From contig NC_042999.1 in the NCBI RefSeq assembly GCF_006345805.1, positions 36,580,001 to 36,644,000 of the forward strand: a stretch of 64,000 bases of DNA, read 5' to 3'. The notes beneath the pieces were generated by a model that worked only from the letters and a program-made list of their open reading frames with translations, was not told where the DNA came from and searched no databases. Position 1 is the first letter of the stretch, and every line of letters starts with the position of its first letter. Source of the DNA: Octopus sinensis (lineage: Eukaryota). The translations under genes were made by a program, and so were the position numbers. Positions 1-13,100 of this stretch are shown here, piece by piece.

Positions 1-976
1 CGGCAAGACTAGTCAGGCCATAACCCGTGGCCCCTACTTGGGACGTAGTCAGTCCACCTGTGCATACCTTCCTTCCTTCTTGTGACACTTGTGAAGACCT
101 GTGAAGACCTATTGAGGCAAGTGAAAATCAAATCAAATCAAATCAAAATAGATGAACATCAATGGAATTTGTATCTTTGTGGTACCAGTGCCGGTGGCAC
201 ACAAGAAAACCATCCGAACGTGGCCGTAGCCAGTACCGCATCGACTGGCCTCCGTGCTGTGGGCACGCAACAAACACCATCCGATCGTGGCCGTTCGCCA
301 GCCTCATCTGGCACCTGTGTCGGTGGCACATAAAAACACCATCCGAAGACCCGGCAAGACTAGTCAGGCCATAACCCGTGGCCCCTACCTGGGACGTAGT
401 CAGTCCACCTGTGCATACCTTCCTTCTTGTGACACTTGTGAAGACCTGTTGAGGCAAGTGAAAATCAAATCAAATCAAAATAGATGAACATCAATGGAAT
501 TTGTATCTTTGTGGTACCAGTGCCGGTGGCACACAAGAAGATCATCCGAACGTGGCCGTAGCCAGTACCGCATAGACTGGCCTCCGTGCTTTGGGGACGT
601 AACAAACACCATCCGATCGTGGCCGTCCGCCAGCCTCATCTGGCACCTGTGTCGGTGGCACATAAAAACACCATCCGAGCGTGGCCGTCTGCCAGCCTCG
701 TCTGCCAGCCTCGTCTGGCACCTGTGTCAGTGGCACATAAAAACACCATCCGAGCGTGGCCGTTCGCCAGCCTTGTCTGGCACCTGTGTCGGTGGCACAT
801 AAAATCACCCACTACACTCTCGGAGTGGTTGGCGTTAGGAAGGGCATCCAGCTGTAGAAACACTGCCAGATCTGACTGGCCTGGTGCAGCCTTCGGGCTC
901 CCCAGACCCCAGTTGAACCGTCCAACCCATGCTAGCATGGAAAACGGACGCTAAATGATGATGATGATGATGATGA
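1..976 (+). mobile_element. RTE LINE 3' end/3'UTR with internal tandem duplication and (GAT)n tail
   Basis: cggcaagactagtcaggcc recurs at 1 and 352, and gatgaacatcaatgg at 151 and 483. Contains modular ggcacataaaaacaccatccga units and ends ...ggacgctaaa(tga)n. Same architecture as the RTE end at 61279-62034, which keeps the RT C-terminus. Confidence 0.8.
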
Positions 977-1819
977 TATATATTCACACACATTATATGT
1001 ATTTGTGTATTTTCATTTGTATTGTGAAATTGTTTATATTCTGCATAAAACAATGTCATCACATAGGCAGTGATAGTATACATCTGTTGCAAAAAAAAAA
1101 AAATTCCTTTGTTGTGTGGTTCATCATTTGAAAGTTCTGAGGAATAAGTGTTTGAAAACAAAGTAAGAGTTGGTGATAGGAAGAACACCTGACTGTGGAT
1201 TATTGCCCCACGGTCTCATCCAACTTGTTAGAATGGGGCAGGAGTGGGCTAGAAAGAAAAAAAACATTAAAAATGATAATTTGGAAGTTTTGCTGTTCTC
1301 TTCATTAATTTGTTTTATTTAATAGATTTCAGTAATATTTATTCTGTCTGAGAAGGCCTGATGTTTTATATATCTATGTTCTTTAAGTCATTGACCTTGT
1401 TAAAAAATTTTAATATTCTATCTTTATGTTGACATTGGCATTATTTTCTATGGTTACAAAAGCAAGAGACTGCCAAGTAAATTTATAGTATCTATAAACT
1501 ATCTTCAAAAATAATTTATAATATCATACTGTCCTCAATTTCAATTCCTCCATTGTTTTTCCATGGTTGATATTGTCAACCTTACTTAATAAAATAGACA
1601 CTCAGAATACTTTTCTTCATGTTCTTCATATACTTTGCACATATCTCACAGGTATGTTTTTCATAGAAGGCTGGAAATGAACAGTATCAATGCTCATTCC
1701 AACCATCCTCTGATGCCTAGACAAAGGTGTGAACAACAACATACACACACACACACACACACACAGAATTAACTTTCAGTTCCTCTCTACCATATTCACT
1801 CACAAGACTATCATTTCTT

Positions 1820-2036
1820 CATCATCATCATCATCATCGTTTAACGTCCATTTTCCGTGCTAGCACGGGTTGGAAGGTTCGACCGGGGTCTGGGAAGCCA
1901 GGGGCTGCACCAGGCTCCAGTCTGATCTGGCAGTGTTTCTACAGCTGGATGCCCTTCCTAACGCCAACCACTCTGCGAGTGTAGTGGGTGCTTTTTACGT
2001 GCCACCTGCACAGGTGCCAGAGGGGTCTGGCATCGG
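1820..2036 (-). mobile_element. 5'-truncated RTE 3' tail
   Basis: (cat)n-cgtttaacgtcc...ggatgcccttcctaacgccaaccactc is nearly identical to the 3' end of the RTE at 45787-45990. Confidence 0.85.
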
Positions 2037-2935
2037 AAACCACTTCTTATGCCATGACTGGATGATCAAAGACAAAACAGCTCCTTTATTCAATGATATA
2101 TCCTTTATACAAGTAGTGACTCAATTATTGGGTTGTGGCCATGCTGGAATACTGTCTTCAAAGCAATCAATCCCAGTGCCTTGTCTGAAGGAGCAAAGTT
2201 GACCTGAATGTTATTTGAACTCAGGACATAAAGAAGCATAACCAAATACTTCAATGTATTTGGTCTACCTATTCTGCCAAACCACAACTTCAGGTTTTTG
2301 TTTGGGGTAACATTTAATTTGGTGACTTGCCTTAGCACATCTTTCTATAAAGATCTAATCTTTACTGAAACATGCTCACTCATCTTCACTCTTATATCCT
2401 ACAAATGGCTGTAGAATTTATGGTTTATGTTTGGGGAATGCAGGAATTTGAATTGTATTTGAACGTTGCTGTTTAGCCTCAAATTTGACCTCATTGAACA
2501 GACCTATGATCACAGGCAATCCATCCATGCTCATCCTGCCTTTATTCATATATAGTGTAATAGAGTTAGTAGAACGTAATACGAAGATTTGACTCTTATT
2601 TCTAGCTGATTGAGGCTCCCATGTTCTCTTAACCATTGGGGTGTTGTGTATTTGTGACTAATGTATATTTATTGTTATGTGTATTTTTATTTGCTTTTTC
2701 ATTTATGGGTCATTATCATCATTGTTTAATATCCATTATCCATTCTGACATGGGTTGGACAGTTTGACAGAAACCAATGAGCCAGAAGATTATGCTTGGC
2801 TCCAATGTCTGTATGTATGGCTATGTATATGACTGTATATGTGACTAACGTATATTTTGTAGATATGTGTGTGTATATGACTAATTTATGTTAGTAGGTG
2901 TGTGTGTGTGGACAATGTATATTTGTAGATATGTC

Positions 2936-3320
2936 TTTTACTTGTTTCAGTCAGTAGACTGTGGCCATGCTGGGGCACTGCCTTGAAGAATTTTAGTACA
3001 ACCAATCAACCCCAGTACTTATTTTTTAAAGCCTGGTGCTTATTCTGTTGGTCTCCTTTTCTGAACTGCTAAGTTACAGGGATATAAGCACACCAACACT
3101 GAAAGAAGCCAGCCTATCATATATGTGTATACGTACGTACGTACGTACGTACGTACGTACGTACGTATACACATATATGATAGGCTGGCTTCTTTCAGTT
3201 TCCATCTAACATATCCACTCACAACGGGTTGATCAGCATGAAGCTATTGTTGAAGACACTTGCCCAAGACACCATGTAGTTGGCAAGCAAGCTTCTTAGC
3301 ACAGAGTCAAGCCTGTGCCT
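2936..3320 (-). mobile_element. tRNA-derived SINE (dominant family), diverged copy
   Basis: Has the reverse-complement tail tttacttgtttcagtca...ggccatgctgg and the head gaagacacttgcccaag shared with the copies at 38748 and 62386. Confidence 0.7.
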
Positions 3321-3924
3321 ATGTATATGTGAATATTTGGGATTTTGTGCTTGTGTGATTAATGTATGTTTACATATTTTGTATGTATGTATGTGTGTGA
3401 TTTTTGATAAAAAGTTTTAATTTGTATAGTGTATGTAAATGACATTTAATGGTGGCATGTTTCTTGAAAGCCATTACTTCAGCACTGGTTAATTTCTGTT
3501 ATTCATATACGTCTAACTTCCCAGCCATAATAGTTCATAACTGTAAATGAGTGGAGCTCTGTAATGTTTATTTACTCATGACACAACACATGACAATAAA
3601 GCCAATGAAAGAGGCTGTACTAGCTCACATAGTAGCCTGTATATGGTCACTTAACCTACTAGAAATATTAGCAAAATCCCCCCTCAGACCAAATGTCACC
3701 ATCATCAGCAGCAGCAGCATTTTAGCATCCACTTTTCCATGTTTGCATGGGTCGAGTTGAAATTTGCTGAGGCAGATTTTCTGTGACCAGATGTTATTCT
3801 TCTTGATAATTGCTTCCAAGTAAAATAATATTTTCCCATTGTTTTTTAAATATGATTAGCACAATGGTTGTGCATGTTTTTATGAAAGGTTGCAATGCTG
3901 GAGAGAGTGGAGGTAAACTTCCAA

Positions 3925-4073
3925 GAACTCCTTCAGAAATGACCATCGTACTGTGCAATCACATGTAGACCCCTCTCCCCATGCTCTGTTGATATTGGCA
4001 GCAGTTTGGGAGGCATTGTGCCCAAGCTTGAATTCATGCAAGAAAAGTAAGCGAAGGTCCATTTTTTTGTCAT
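3925..4073 (-). pseudogene. mariner transposase N-terminal (HTH) relic
   Basis: ORF 3880-4062 reads MDLRLLFLHEFKLGHNASQTAANINRAWGEGSTCDCTVRW, typical of the Hsmar/SETMAR-like mariner paired domain. Truncated. Confidence 0.8.
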
Positions 4074-4405
4074 GTTCATAATTAAGGGTGCTTATACTTC
4101 AAAAATGTTTTCTGTCTGAAATAAGGAGAAAATTATTAAAGTGCATACATCAATTATCAAGTATGTAGAAATTCATCTAAAATATTATTAAAATACTATG
4201 ATAAAATTGTGTTTCAAAACACAACACTGAGAGTGGCCTTTATTTTCAGAACAACATCATACTTAAGTACACAAAATGTTCCGCTAATGACATGTACAAC
4301 AAAAGTTTTGTCTGCCAAACAGGTACCTAAGGGTCAGCAACCCCACCTTCTTTTAAGAAAGAAAATGAAATTAAACATTAGAAACTAAAAACAAAAAAAC
4401 AAAAT

Positions 4406-4436
<31 letters not shown>

Positions 4437-5824
4437 CCCCTCTCTCTCATACCAGACAGAAATGCTGGTCAACACAAATAACTTAATAAATAAAAAGATA
4501 AGAATTAGAAAAGCTTTTTACGTAACAAAATAAACAAATATAGCTAAGTTTTTGAATATAAAAATGTTGAATGATGTTCAGTGCACCTGCTTCAATCTTG
4601 TTATTGTGAAAATATTTTTTGTATTAGTTTGTGTGTGTACATATATATATATAGATAGATAGATAGATACAGATATGTAAACATGTGTGTGTGTATGTAT
4701 TTGTATATGTAAGCATATATTTGTGTATACATGTGTGTATGTGTACGTGAGACCATTAAGTACATATGCAAACACATACAGTATACACACACACACATAT
4801 ACATATTCTATTTTTCTAAGACTGTCACTTGGAAATCTATTTTATATCATTCTTTACTTCTAGAAATAAATCCAATATTCTTACAGCTTATTGTATGACA
4901 GTTGGCAATTATCTACTTAAGGTAAATTGTTGCACTATAAAACTTATTTACTTTCTGACTTGAAGTAATGCCTTATGTAAACTAGATTCCTATTTTATAA
5001 TAATATAGCAGTATTCAGTTTTTATTTTCATCTTTATTTGTTTTTCTTAGTTTTTTTTTATATATATTTTATTCAATATTTTTACCTTTGAAAGAAGACA
5101 CCAAATTTAATAATGTTCTTCAAATAAATCTCCTTGTATAATCAAATACCAGAGTAAGTTGAGAAAATCTTTTAAACATTAGAATTGTTAAGACTGTCTT
5201 TAGAAAACAGAAAAATACCCATCTGGTGAAAACTGAAGTGAAATGTAAACGTGAAACAAATGTTACTAATTTATTGGGTAAGGAATAGCTTTATTCTTTT
5301 AAATTTCTTTTATATTTTGTAGGAGAAGTAGTTACAAAGGAGTAAAGATAGCTTATTTAATATTCCTTCTCAGACAAATACAATAGTTTGACTGTAGAAT
5401 TATAAGGATTAAGTACTAATATATCAAATATAAATCATTGCTGTTGATTGATGCTGTAGAACTCGTCTTTGATCAAAACATATCCTAGAAATAGACATTT
5501 AGCCTCTTGATTGAAACAAAATCACTGACCTGCAGCACTCTTTTAGTGTTTAGAATCTTTATTACTGCAACATTTACCTGTATATTATAAGTGCAAGTTC
5601 CACAATTATTGATGGCTGAGGTTTCTTGATATGGTATTTTTGGCTTACAAGTTGATATAGTTTATAGTATAAACATTAAAACATTGTCAGTATTTTTCCA
5701 AATCCTGCTACACTTCACATGGAAGTTTTAGTCTTCCAAAATCATCTTGGTGTATAAGTCAACCTGCCTTTTTTGGTTGTTAATTTTGGTCTGAAAAATT
5801 TGACTTGTATGCTATAGTATAGTG

Positions 5825-6043
5825 CATTGCTTTTCAAACTTTTTGCTGGAGTGGAACCCCAAGGAAACATTCCACTGGCTCAAGGAACCCCTGTGCAATA
5901 ATTTAATAGTCTTATGCACACATATCTGCACAGGAGATTTTAAAATTACTGCCGATTTTAGCAGTTTTGTAACTTCTTGCGGAACTCCTGCACTGTACTG
6001 GCGGAACCCTAAGTTTCCGCGGAACCCTGGTTGAAAACCACTG
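5825..6043. mobile_element. hAT-type MITE
   Basis: TIR cattgcttttcaa / ttgaaaaccactg; flanking 8-mers gtatagtg / gtataatg form an 8-bp TSD with one mismatch. Confidence 0.75.
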
Positions 6044-6419
6044 GTATAATGTATGTATCTTAAAGGTACATGCCTTAGTGGTCAACATGTTGGGCTCACT
6101 AACATAAGGTTGTGGGTTCAATTTCTGGTTTGGATAATACATTATGTCCTTAAGCAAGTTACTTCAATTCATGCTGCTCCTGTTTACTCAGCTGAATATG
6201 CATACAAGCTTAGTACTGGTGCAGCCCTCTTTCCGTCCATCATTGCCTTGATGCTCTACTGGGTTAAGAAGCTTAGCAAATACATAAACCTAAAACCAAT
6301 GAGCAAAAGCATGGTGTGTGCTCCCAGGTCATACTCACTTGCAAGTGAGGGCCATGGTTTTTTGGATCTTGTGCTATACTGTGTCTTACAACAGGTGTCG
6401 GTTTCTAATTCTAGGTTAA

Positions 6420-6624
6420 CCCTTTCGTTACCAACCCGGCTGAAACTGGCTCTGGCTCTGAGTACAAATGTCTTGTTTTCATAAGTTTTGAATTAAAATC
6501 TTCCACCAAACCTTAGTCACAATTTATGTTTCTAACACTAGCTTAATGATAACAAAGTTATTTTACTAAATTCTTTGTTATATTTAAAGTAATTGAAAGA
6601 AACACAAATACAGTAATGAAAGGG
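6420..6624. mobile_element. piggyBac-type MITE
   Basis: TTAA|ccctttcgttac ... gtaatgaaaggg|TTAA; a second copy in opposite orientation is at 51796-52005. Confidence 0.85.
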
Positions 6625-6729
6625 TTAAGGGTACTAAACAGACAAACTCTCTAGTACTTCATTTACACATGAATTACATTTCTAAAATTGAGTTTGTCCA
6701 ACCCATGCAAGCATGGAAAGCGGACGCTA

Positions 6730-6766
<37 letters not shown>

Positions 6767-7149
6767 GTTTTTATCAAAAAATTAGAGATACTGAATTTGT
6801 TTCGTATTCTGGAAATATTTAAACACAGAGACCTTATTTGGAGTTACTGTGCATCTTGATGTGTAGGAAAACGATGGCGTTAAACACAGGCATTCCATTT
6901 TTGGTATGGTATCAACAGCTCAGTGGACCTTCCCAAAATTAACCACTTTTCAGAATATATTCATTGTGTTTACTTAAGGCATCAGCACAAGACATGTGAT
7001 AAGTGTGTACAAATGTGTGTATATGTATGTATATATATATATGTGCTTATGCATCTATGTGTTTATATACATATATATATATGAAGTGAATGGTGTTAGG
7101 AAGGGCATCCAGCTGCAGCAACCATATAGAAGACCATACAGCTTAGTGC

Positions 7150-7890
7150 AGTCTTCTGATTTACCAGCTCCTACATATGTATGCATCTATATACACGCAT
7201 GCAAGATATATATGTATATATGCATATGCATACATATATGCATATATATACATATGTGCATATATGTATATGCGTAAATATATGCATATATATATGTGCA
7301 TATGCATGTATATATATGCATATGCACATATATATGCATATGTATATATATATATCATATATGCATATATATATATATCATATATGCATATATATATATC
7401 ATATATATGCATATATATATATCATATATATGCGTATATATATATCATATATGCGTATATATATATGCGTATATATATATATCATATATATGCCTATATA
7501 TATATATGCATGTATATATATGCATATATATATATCATATATGCATATATATATATCATATATATGCATATATATATATCATATATATGCATATATATAT
7601 ATATATATATATCATATACATGCATATATATATATCATATACATGCATATATATATATCATATATGCATATATATATATCATATATATGCATATATATAT
7701 ATCATATATATGCATATATATATATCATCATCATCGTTTAGCGTCCGTTTTCCATACATGCATATATATATATCATATACATGCATATATATATATATAT
7801 CATATACATGCATATATATAAATATCATATACATGCATATATGTATATCTATATATATGCTTATATATATATCTATATATATGCATATAT
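7150..7890. repeat. Complex (AT)n/ATGCAT microsatellite
   Basis: Repeating atatatgcatatatatatatc-type units; the source of the spurious I/Y/H-rich ORFs. Confidence 0.95.
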
Positions 7891-7892
7891 AT

Positions 7893-8440
7893 ATGGTGGC
7901 TTCCCCCTCGCTATCAAGTATGGCCATTGCACGAAGCTTAATCAATGTTGTTATCATGCAATGCTTGTGCAAGAAAATTGTTTTTTAAAGTAAGGACAGG
8001 CTGTGCACTGAGTCAATCCCACTCACTAAGCAACAGCAGCCATAATCCAAAAAGAACAAGTCAACATCATCGGTAACCACTGAGCCGCAGGTTTTATGTT
8101 GGAGTTATCCCAGTTACCTGAGTTACCTTCTCCTAGAATGATGCCCTAACAAAGGCTAGGAGTCCTTCACTCCCAATGGTTTAACCGCGCGATCGGGTAT
8201 TCAGTCCGATTATTTCTATGTCCCCGTGCATGATACAGCCTTAAGACATTTATTGGATGGCCATTGACTCTCAAGAGTTCCTCCGCCCTTTGACGGGTTT
8301 TGTTTTTCATCCCGCAGGGTGTCCAATAAACACCCTCCTCACCAAGCAAGCTTGGTGGGGTTGCCGGTTTAGTCGCCGACGACCCAACCATGCAACAGGT
8401 TGTACCGGGTTACATGTTACCAGTAGCACTCGAAAGTGAC
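7893..8440 (+). mobile_element. Possible RTE-type 5'UTR relic
   Basis: GC-balanced island containing ttaccttctcctag...gccctaacaaaggctag, which resembles RTE 5'UTR motifs from memory. No ORF follows. Confidence 0.3.
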
Positions 8441-8619
8441 CTGACATATATATATATGTATACATACATGCATGTATATATATATATTATATATATATAT
8501 ATACACATAGTCAAAATGCGATAAAATAAATTATTATCGCCGGTGATCTAGCACAAAAGACATTTTAGCCATAGGCCATATGTTATTCATATATAAGTAC
8601 ATTAAAAGGCTTCCAGAAG

Positions 8620-8906
8620 AAGAAGTGAGTACTAGATACACAAAAGTTGGATAAATTTAGTGAAATGAAAATTAAAAACCTTTACAAACTCGGTTCATCT
8701 TATACTGCAGTTTCGTCTTTTTCAGCATTAAATATAATTTATTGCTCAGGCAGATTCATCAGTAAGACTCCTGTTATTCAAGAGTCGCATATCAATAGAA
8801 GCATGTGCGTCTCTGAAACTGCAGTATAAGATGAACCGAGTTTGTAAAGGTTTTTAATTTTCATTTCACTAAATTTATCCAACTTTTGTGTATCTAGTAC
8901 TCACTT

Positions 8907-8909
<3 letters not shown>
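8620..8909. repeat. Perfect 95-bp inverted repeat with 100-bp spacer (Penelope-type terminal palindrome)
   Basis: 8620-8714 (aagaagtgagtactag...ctgcagtttc) is the reverse complement of 8815-8909. Confidence 0.95.
8698..8767 (-). ncRNA. Minimal type-I hammerhead ribozyme motif
   Basis: Minus strand: UCUUA-CUGAUGA-AUCU...AGAC-GAAA-CUGCAG-U-A-UAAGA. Stem I is UCUUA/UAAGA, stem III is the palindrome ACUGCAGU, and the cleavage triplet is GUA. The first stem II pair is A.C instead of G-C. Confidence 0.75.
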
Positions 8910-8961
<52 letters not shown>

Positions 8962-8990
8962 AGATAGATAGATAGATGTGTGTGTGTGTG

Positions 8991-9034
<44 letters not shown>

Positions 9035-9408
9035 CAAACTGAAATTCTGTGGTTTAGAAGGAAGAAAAAACTGGAAGGTAAGAAGACAAAAAGTAGTTGA
9101 AAATGATAGTGAGAAGAGATTAGACTATCAGGAATAAAGAAATAGAAAATTTTTAGTGGTCATAAAAAGTCAGTCTTGTCAAAAGATGACCTTTGTGAAT
9201 CTATTGATTTGAGGTCATTTTATTCATTTTTCACAGTTGGTGTGGTGTGCTCTTATTTGGTCTCATATATTCACACACACACATACATCCGCATACACAT
9301 GCATCCGCACATCTACACATTTGCGTATACATACATCCATACACACACATACATATTTACTTACATACACGTCTCCAATGTGGATACATATACATAAATA
9401 TCTATACG

Positions 9409-9440
<32 letters not shown>

Positions 9441-9599
9441 CGTATATATGCACACACACTCATATACATACTTACATAACATACATACATATATACAGAC
9501 ATATATATATAGCTGAAATTGCGAGGTTGATCCAGTTCTTGACTGAAGATTGAAGGCTTAGAATATCCCATCTGTGGATAGTCACTCCACTTCAATAGC

Positions 9600-9955
9600 G
9601 AAATTCTTTCCTAAGCCTTCGAACATTCTTTCAATCAACGTTCCCTTCCCTCTCCACTTGTTCCCTACCTATTATTCCTTTAACCCTTCTCTTCCAACTA
9701 TCTATCTTTGACGTCAATTCTTCTAACGTTTTTTTTAAAAACACTCATTATCGTTTTGTTTACCATGTAGGCAGTCATCGAAATTTTTGTTTGTCTTGTT
9801 GTCGAGAGAGGCTCCCTTTCTTTCCTGATGAGAAGATTGCATAATGCACCCTTTATTCCTTTGGAATGAAACCATGTTGTCTTCAAAACATATGTCGAGA
9901 GTAAAGGAATTTTGTTAACATCTTCGTTCGACTCCATTCTTTCATTTATTCATAT
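9600..9955 (+). mobile_element. Penelope-type terminal fragment (related copy at 18635-18960, opposite strand)
   Basis: Shares gaaagaatggagt.gaacga...ttaacaaa.t.ccttta...acatatgtt.cgaag...ctcatcagga with 18641-18770 and carries a hammerhead motif. Confidence 0.6.
9820..9901 (+). ncRNA. Minimal type-I hammerhead ribozyme motif with G12A substitution
   Basis: CUUUC-CUGAUGA-GAAGA...UCUUC-aAAA-CAUAUG-U-C-GAGAG. Stem I CUUUC/GAGAG, stem II GAAGA/UCUUC, palindromic stem III ACAUAUGU, GUC triplet. Confidence 0.75.
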
Positions 9956-10128
9956 ACAACACACAAATTTCTGCACATGAACCCGGAGTTTCTACCCTTG
10001 GACAGGTCGCTTCAACCGTGTTTCTGAAGGGAATTTGCTACCCAGGTTTCGGTTCAACGAATTTTCCATGCTGATGATAAACATAGGATAATTCATTCAC
10101 CTATTTTTTATATATATATATTATATAT

Positions 10129-13100
10129 ATATTGTTATATTTCGGAATGGTCATATTGCCAGTTTAGCCAATAAAAAACACGCACTATATATTGGTGTTA
10201 TTTTGCTTCAGTGATATTTATTTTTTACATTATCTTAATCTTATTTCGGCCAAAGTTCTTTCGTCACACTCCTGTGACCGCATCAGTGGTCCTTTGTTTT
10301 CTTCTCACTTACTTGTGTCTCTCCTTACTAACCGTCAGCCATTGTTATTTCTATTGTATGTCTTCATTTGCGCATGCTTATATCTCTATGTGCGTCTATG
10401 TTTATTTAGTGTGTGTGTGGGGGGGATGCCTGCAATATTTGTATCTTCTGGTTATATACATTCTTGTAATTTGTATTTTGTTTTTGTTGTGTTGCTTTTG
10501 TTCTAATTTTGTTCATGTGTTTACATCCACCCATTATTATCATTACATATGCTTGTATGTATGTATAACAACAATATTAGTAATAATAATAATAAATCTA
10601 ATCGAAAAAAAAAAGAATATACATATACATATATATATATACATACATATACATATACATATATATATATATATATATACATATATACACATATATATAC
10701 ACATATACATATATATAGATATTCATTTCTATTTCTTTAATTACCTGTGTATTTATTATGTTTGCAGGATCCACTATTGTCATATGTTGTGGTGTGCGCT
10801 ATTGCTCCATTCTAGTTTTCTATTCAGGCTAGGTTTATTTTCTATATATGTGTGTAGCTTCTGTAATTTGTCTAATTGTTGCATCTGTTCTATGTGTGGA
10901 CAATATCTTAATCTCTATGTTATTGATTGATCCCCCGTGTTCTTGTTCGGCGTGTTGGTACAGAATCGATGAGCTTTTACCTTCCTTGAGTTGTCTCCAA
11001 TGTTCATTCACCGCTCACCAATGCTTCTTGCAGTTTCCCCTACGTATGTTACTGTCTTGTTACTGCATCGTCCCTCTATACATCTTATACTATAGACCCA
11101 TTTCTGGCTTTACAGTTCGTTTGTGGGCTAAATCTACATACAGTGCAATAGTTATCCGTACAGAGAGTTCTACTAAAAGGATAGCTTCTACCAATTATAG
11201 ATCTGATAGGGTTGCCTGGCTTTTCAACAACCTTAATTCTTAGTTTAAGTTTATCTAGGGTCCTTCTAAAGCGGTACGCTAGTTCACCTCCAGGGGTGGT
11301 GTCAACGAACATGACACTCTGGTATTTATGGCTATCATACCAAGAGTTGGCCTTCCCTTTTTCTTTTTGTCCTTTCTATAGTGTTCCATGACTTGTTCCT
11401 ATAGAGTGGGCAAATCCCATTCCTATCATTACATAATATATTATCAAATTTCTTCATGGCTCCTTGTATACTCTGATCCTTTCTTTATGGCTGTAACCTG
11501 AGAACTGCATGCGGTGAATGAAATACTGTATGTGTCTCTTTAATTCTGTAGGCTCGCACATGCGTGACACATTTCTCATTATTCTGACGAGGTCTGCCAT
11601 CAAAAATTGAATTTGGCATTGCCCGCAATGGCTGAGTTCCGGTGGATCAGGTATTTTGAGGCCATAGGGTTTGCATAGTATGAATGAAGGATTTGGGTTT
11701 TATTTTTCACAATTTCTAGCCAGAGTTCAGTGTCTAGTACTGGTAGTCTATGGTTGGGGGTTTAGTGGGGTAGTCTATTGTGACCTTAATACTCTGGTGG
11801 ATGGAGTTAGCTATTTGCTGGATGCTCTCCATAGTATTAGTTTCTATTACTATATCAACAGTACTCTCTTGTGGGGGTGCCTTTACTACTATATTGATAT
11901 CATCAACATAGCGAGAGTACATGTTTACGAGTATGGATTTCTGCAGTAGGCATTCTTTAAGCCTTCTGTCCCACCATACCATGAAGAGGTTGGCCACATC
12001 ACCAGCGATACTAACACCGATGGCTGCCCCCTCGTCCTGGGCATATATTTTATTATTAAATTTAAATGTGTGGCCTTTTAGGGTAACTCTTATACTAGCT
12101 CCTAGTGCATGTGCGATCATTTTCTTTACCTGATGGACATTTGCGGGGCTCCGTATGGCTCTGGTCCATCCGCGCCATCTTTCTATATGTGTCTTCCTAG
12201 CCATAGAAGTAATTGTAGGCGGTCTACCTCTTAAACATCTACTGGGGCAGAAACTACTAAGATTATGTTTATCTAAGTATTCACTATTATATGTCAGTCT
12301 AAGTAGGAGGCCCAGTTCTTCTGTGTCGACATTACAGAACTCCACCTGGCTCTCGTTGATCATCTCCACGCACTTCTCCACTGCAAAATCTACGTCAATC
12401 GATGGGTATAGGGATACCACATCCATGCTACCTACTATACATCCTGTCAAGTCACAAGTTTTGTTACAGTCACTGATCCTGCTTAGGAGATCTTCTGTGC
12501 TGTCACACACATCAGGTGACATCCTGATTATAGGGCGTATGATCATTGAGAGGAAGTAGGAGATTCTGTAATTGCTAGCGATATTCGCTCCACAGACTGG
12601 TCTTGTTGGTGGTCCTGCTATAGGGTCAGTAAAACCTTTATGGTCCTTGCGAAGTCCATACAGTGCCGGGATATCATTGTTCCAGGCTTGGAAATTCTTT
12701 GCAGTACGTTTCTGAGGTCCCAGAACAATTGTCCACATCATCATGTGGGCATTGAGGACCTTTTCTCTCTCCTCATGCGCCTGTACAGTTGTTACTTTTG
12801 TATTGGCGATATGAGGTTGCATTGCCTGGATGTAGTTCGGTAAGCTGTCTATTGACATCCTGCCGGACTTATCCGTGGGAAGGCATATCACTCTCCGTTC
12901 CTCGTGCGCTGAATGAGCTTCTGTAGGCCACATGCAGGTTTAATCCCTAGTTGTTGGGCATCTGTCTTATTCTGTCTCTGTCTCTTAATGTATAATCCTA
13001 AAATCTGTCTAAGTTTGGTCCTAGCTATAGTGAACTGTGCTTCCATGTGGTTATTAGTACGTCTTGGGATGTATACTCTTTTGTTGAAGGGTAATGTTGT

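Noticed and set aside
6053-6484. 143-aa ORF as a host gene
   Set aside because: It overlaps a SINE head and a piggyBac-type MITE end, with no recognisable domain.
7161-7993. Long ORFs (up to 230 aa) rich in I/Y/H/M, also at 34847-35997, 10211-10930 and 13115-13783
   Set aside because: They are translations of TA/CA microsatellites that lack stop codons by composition.
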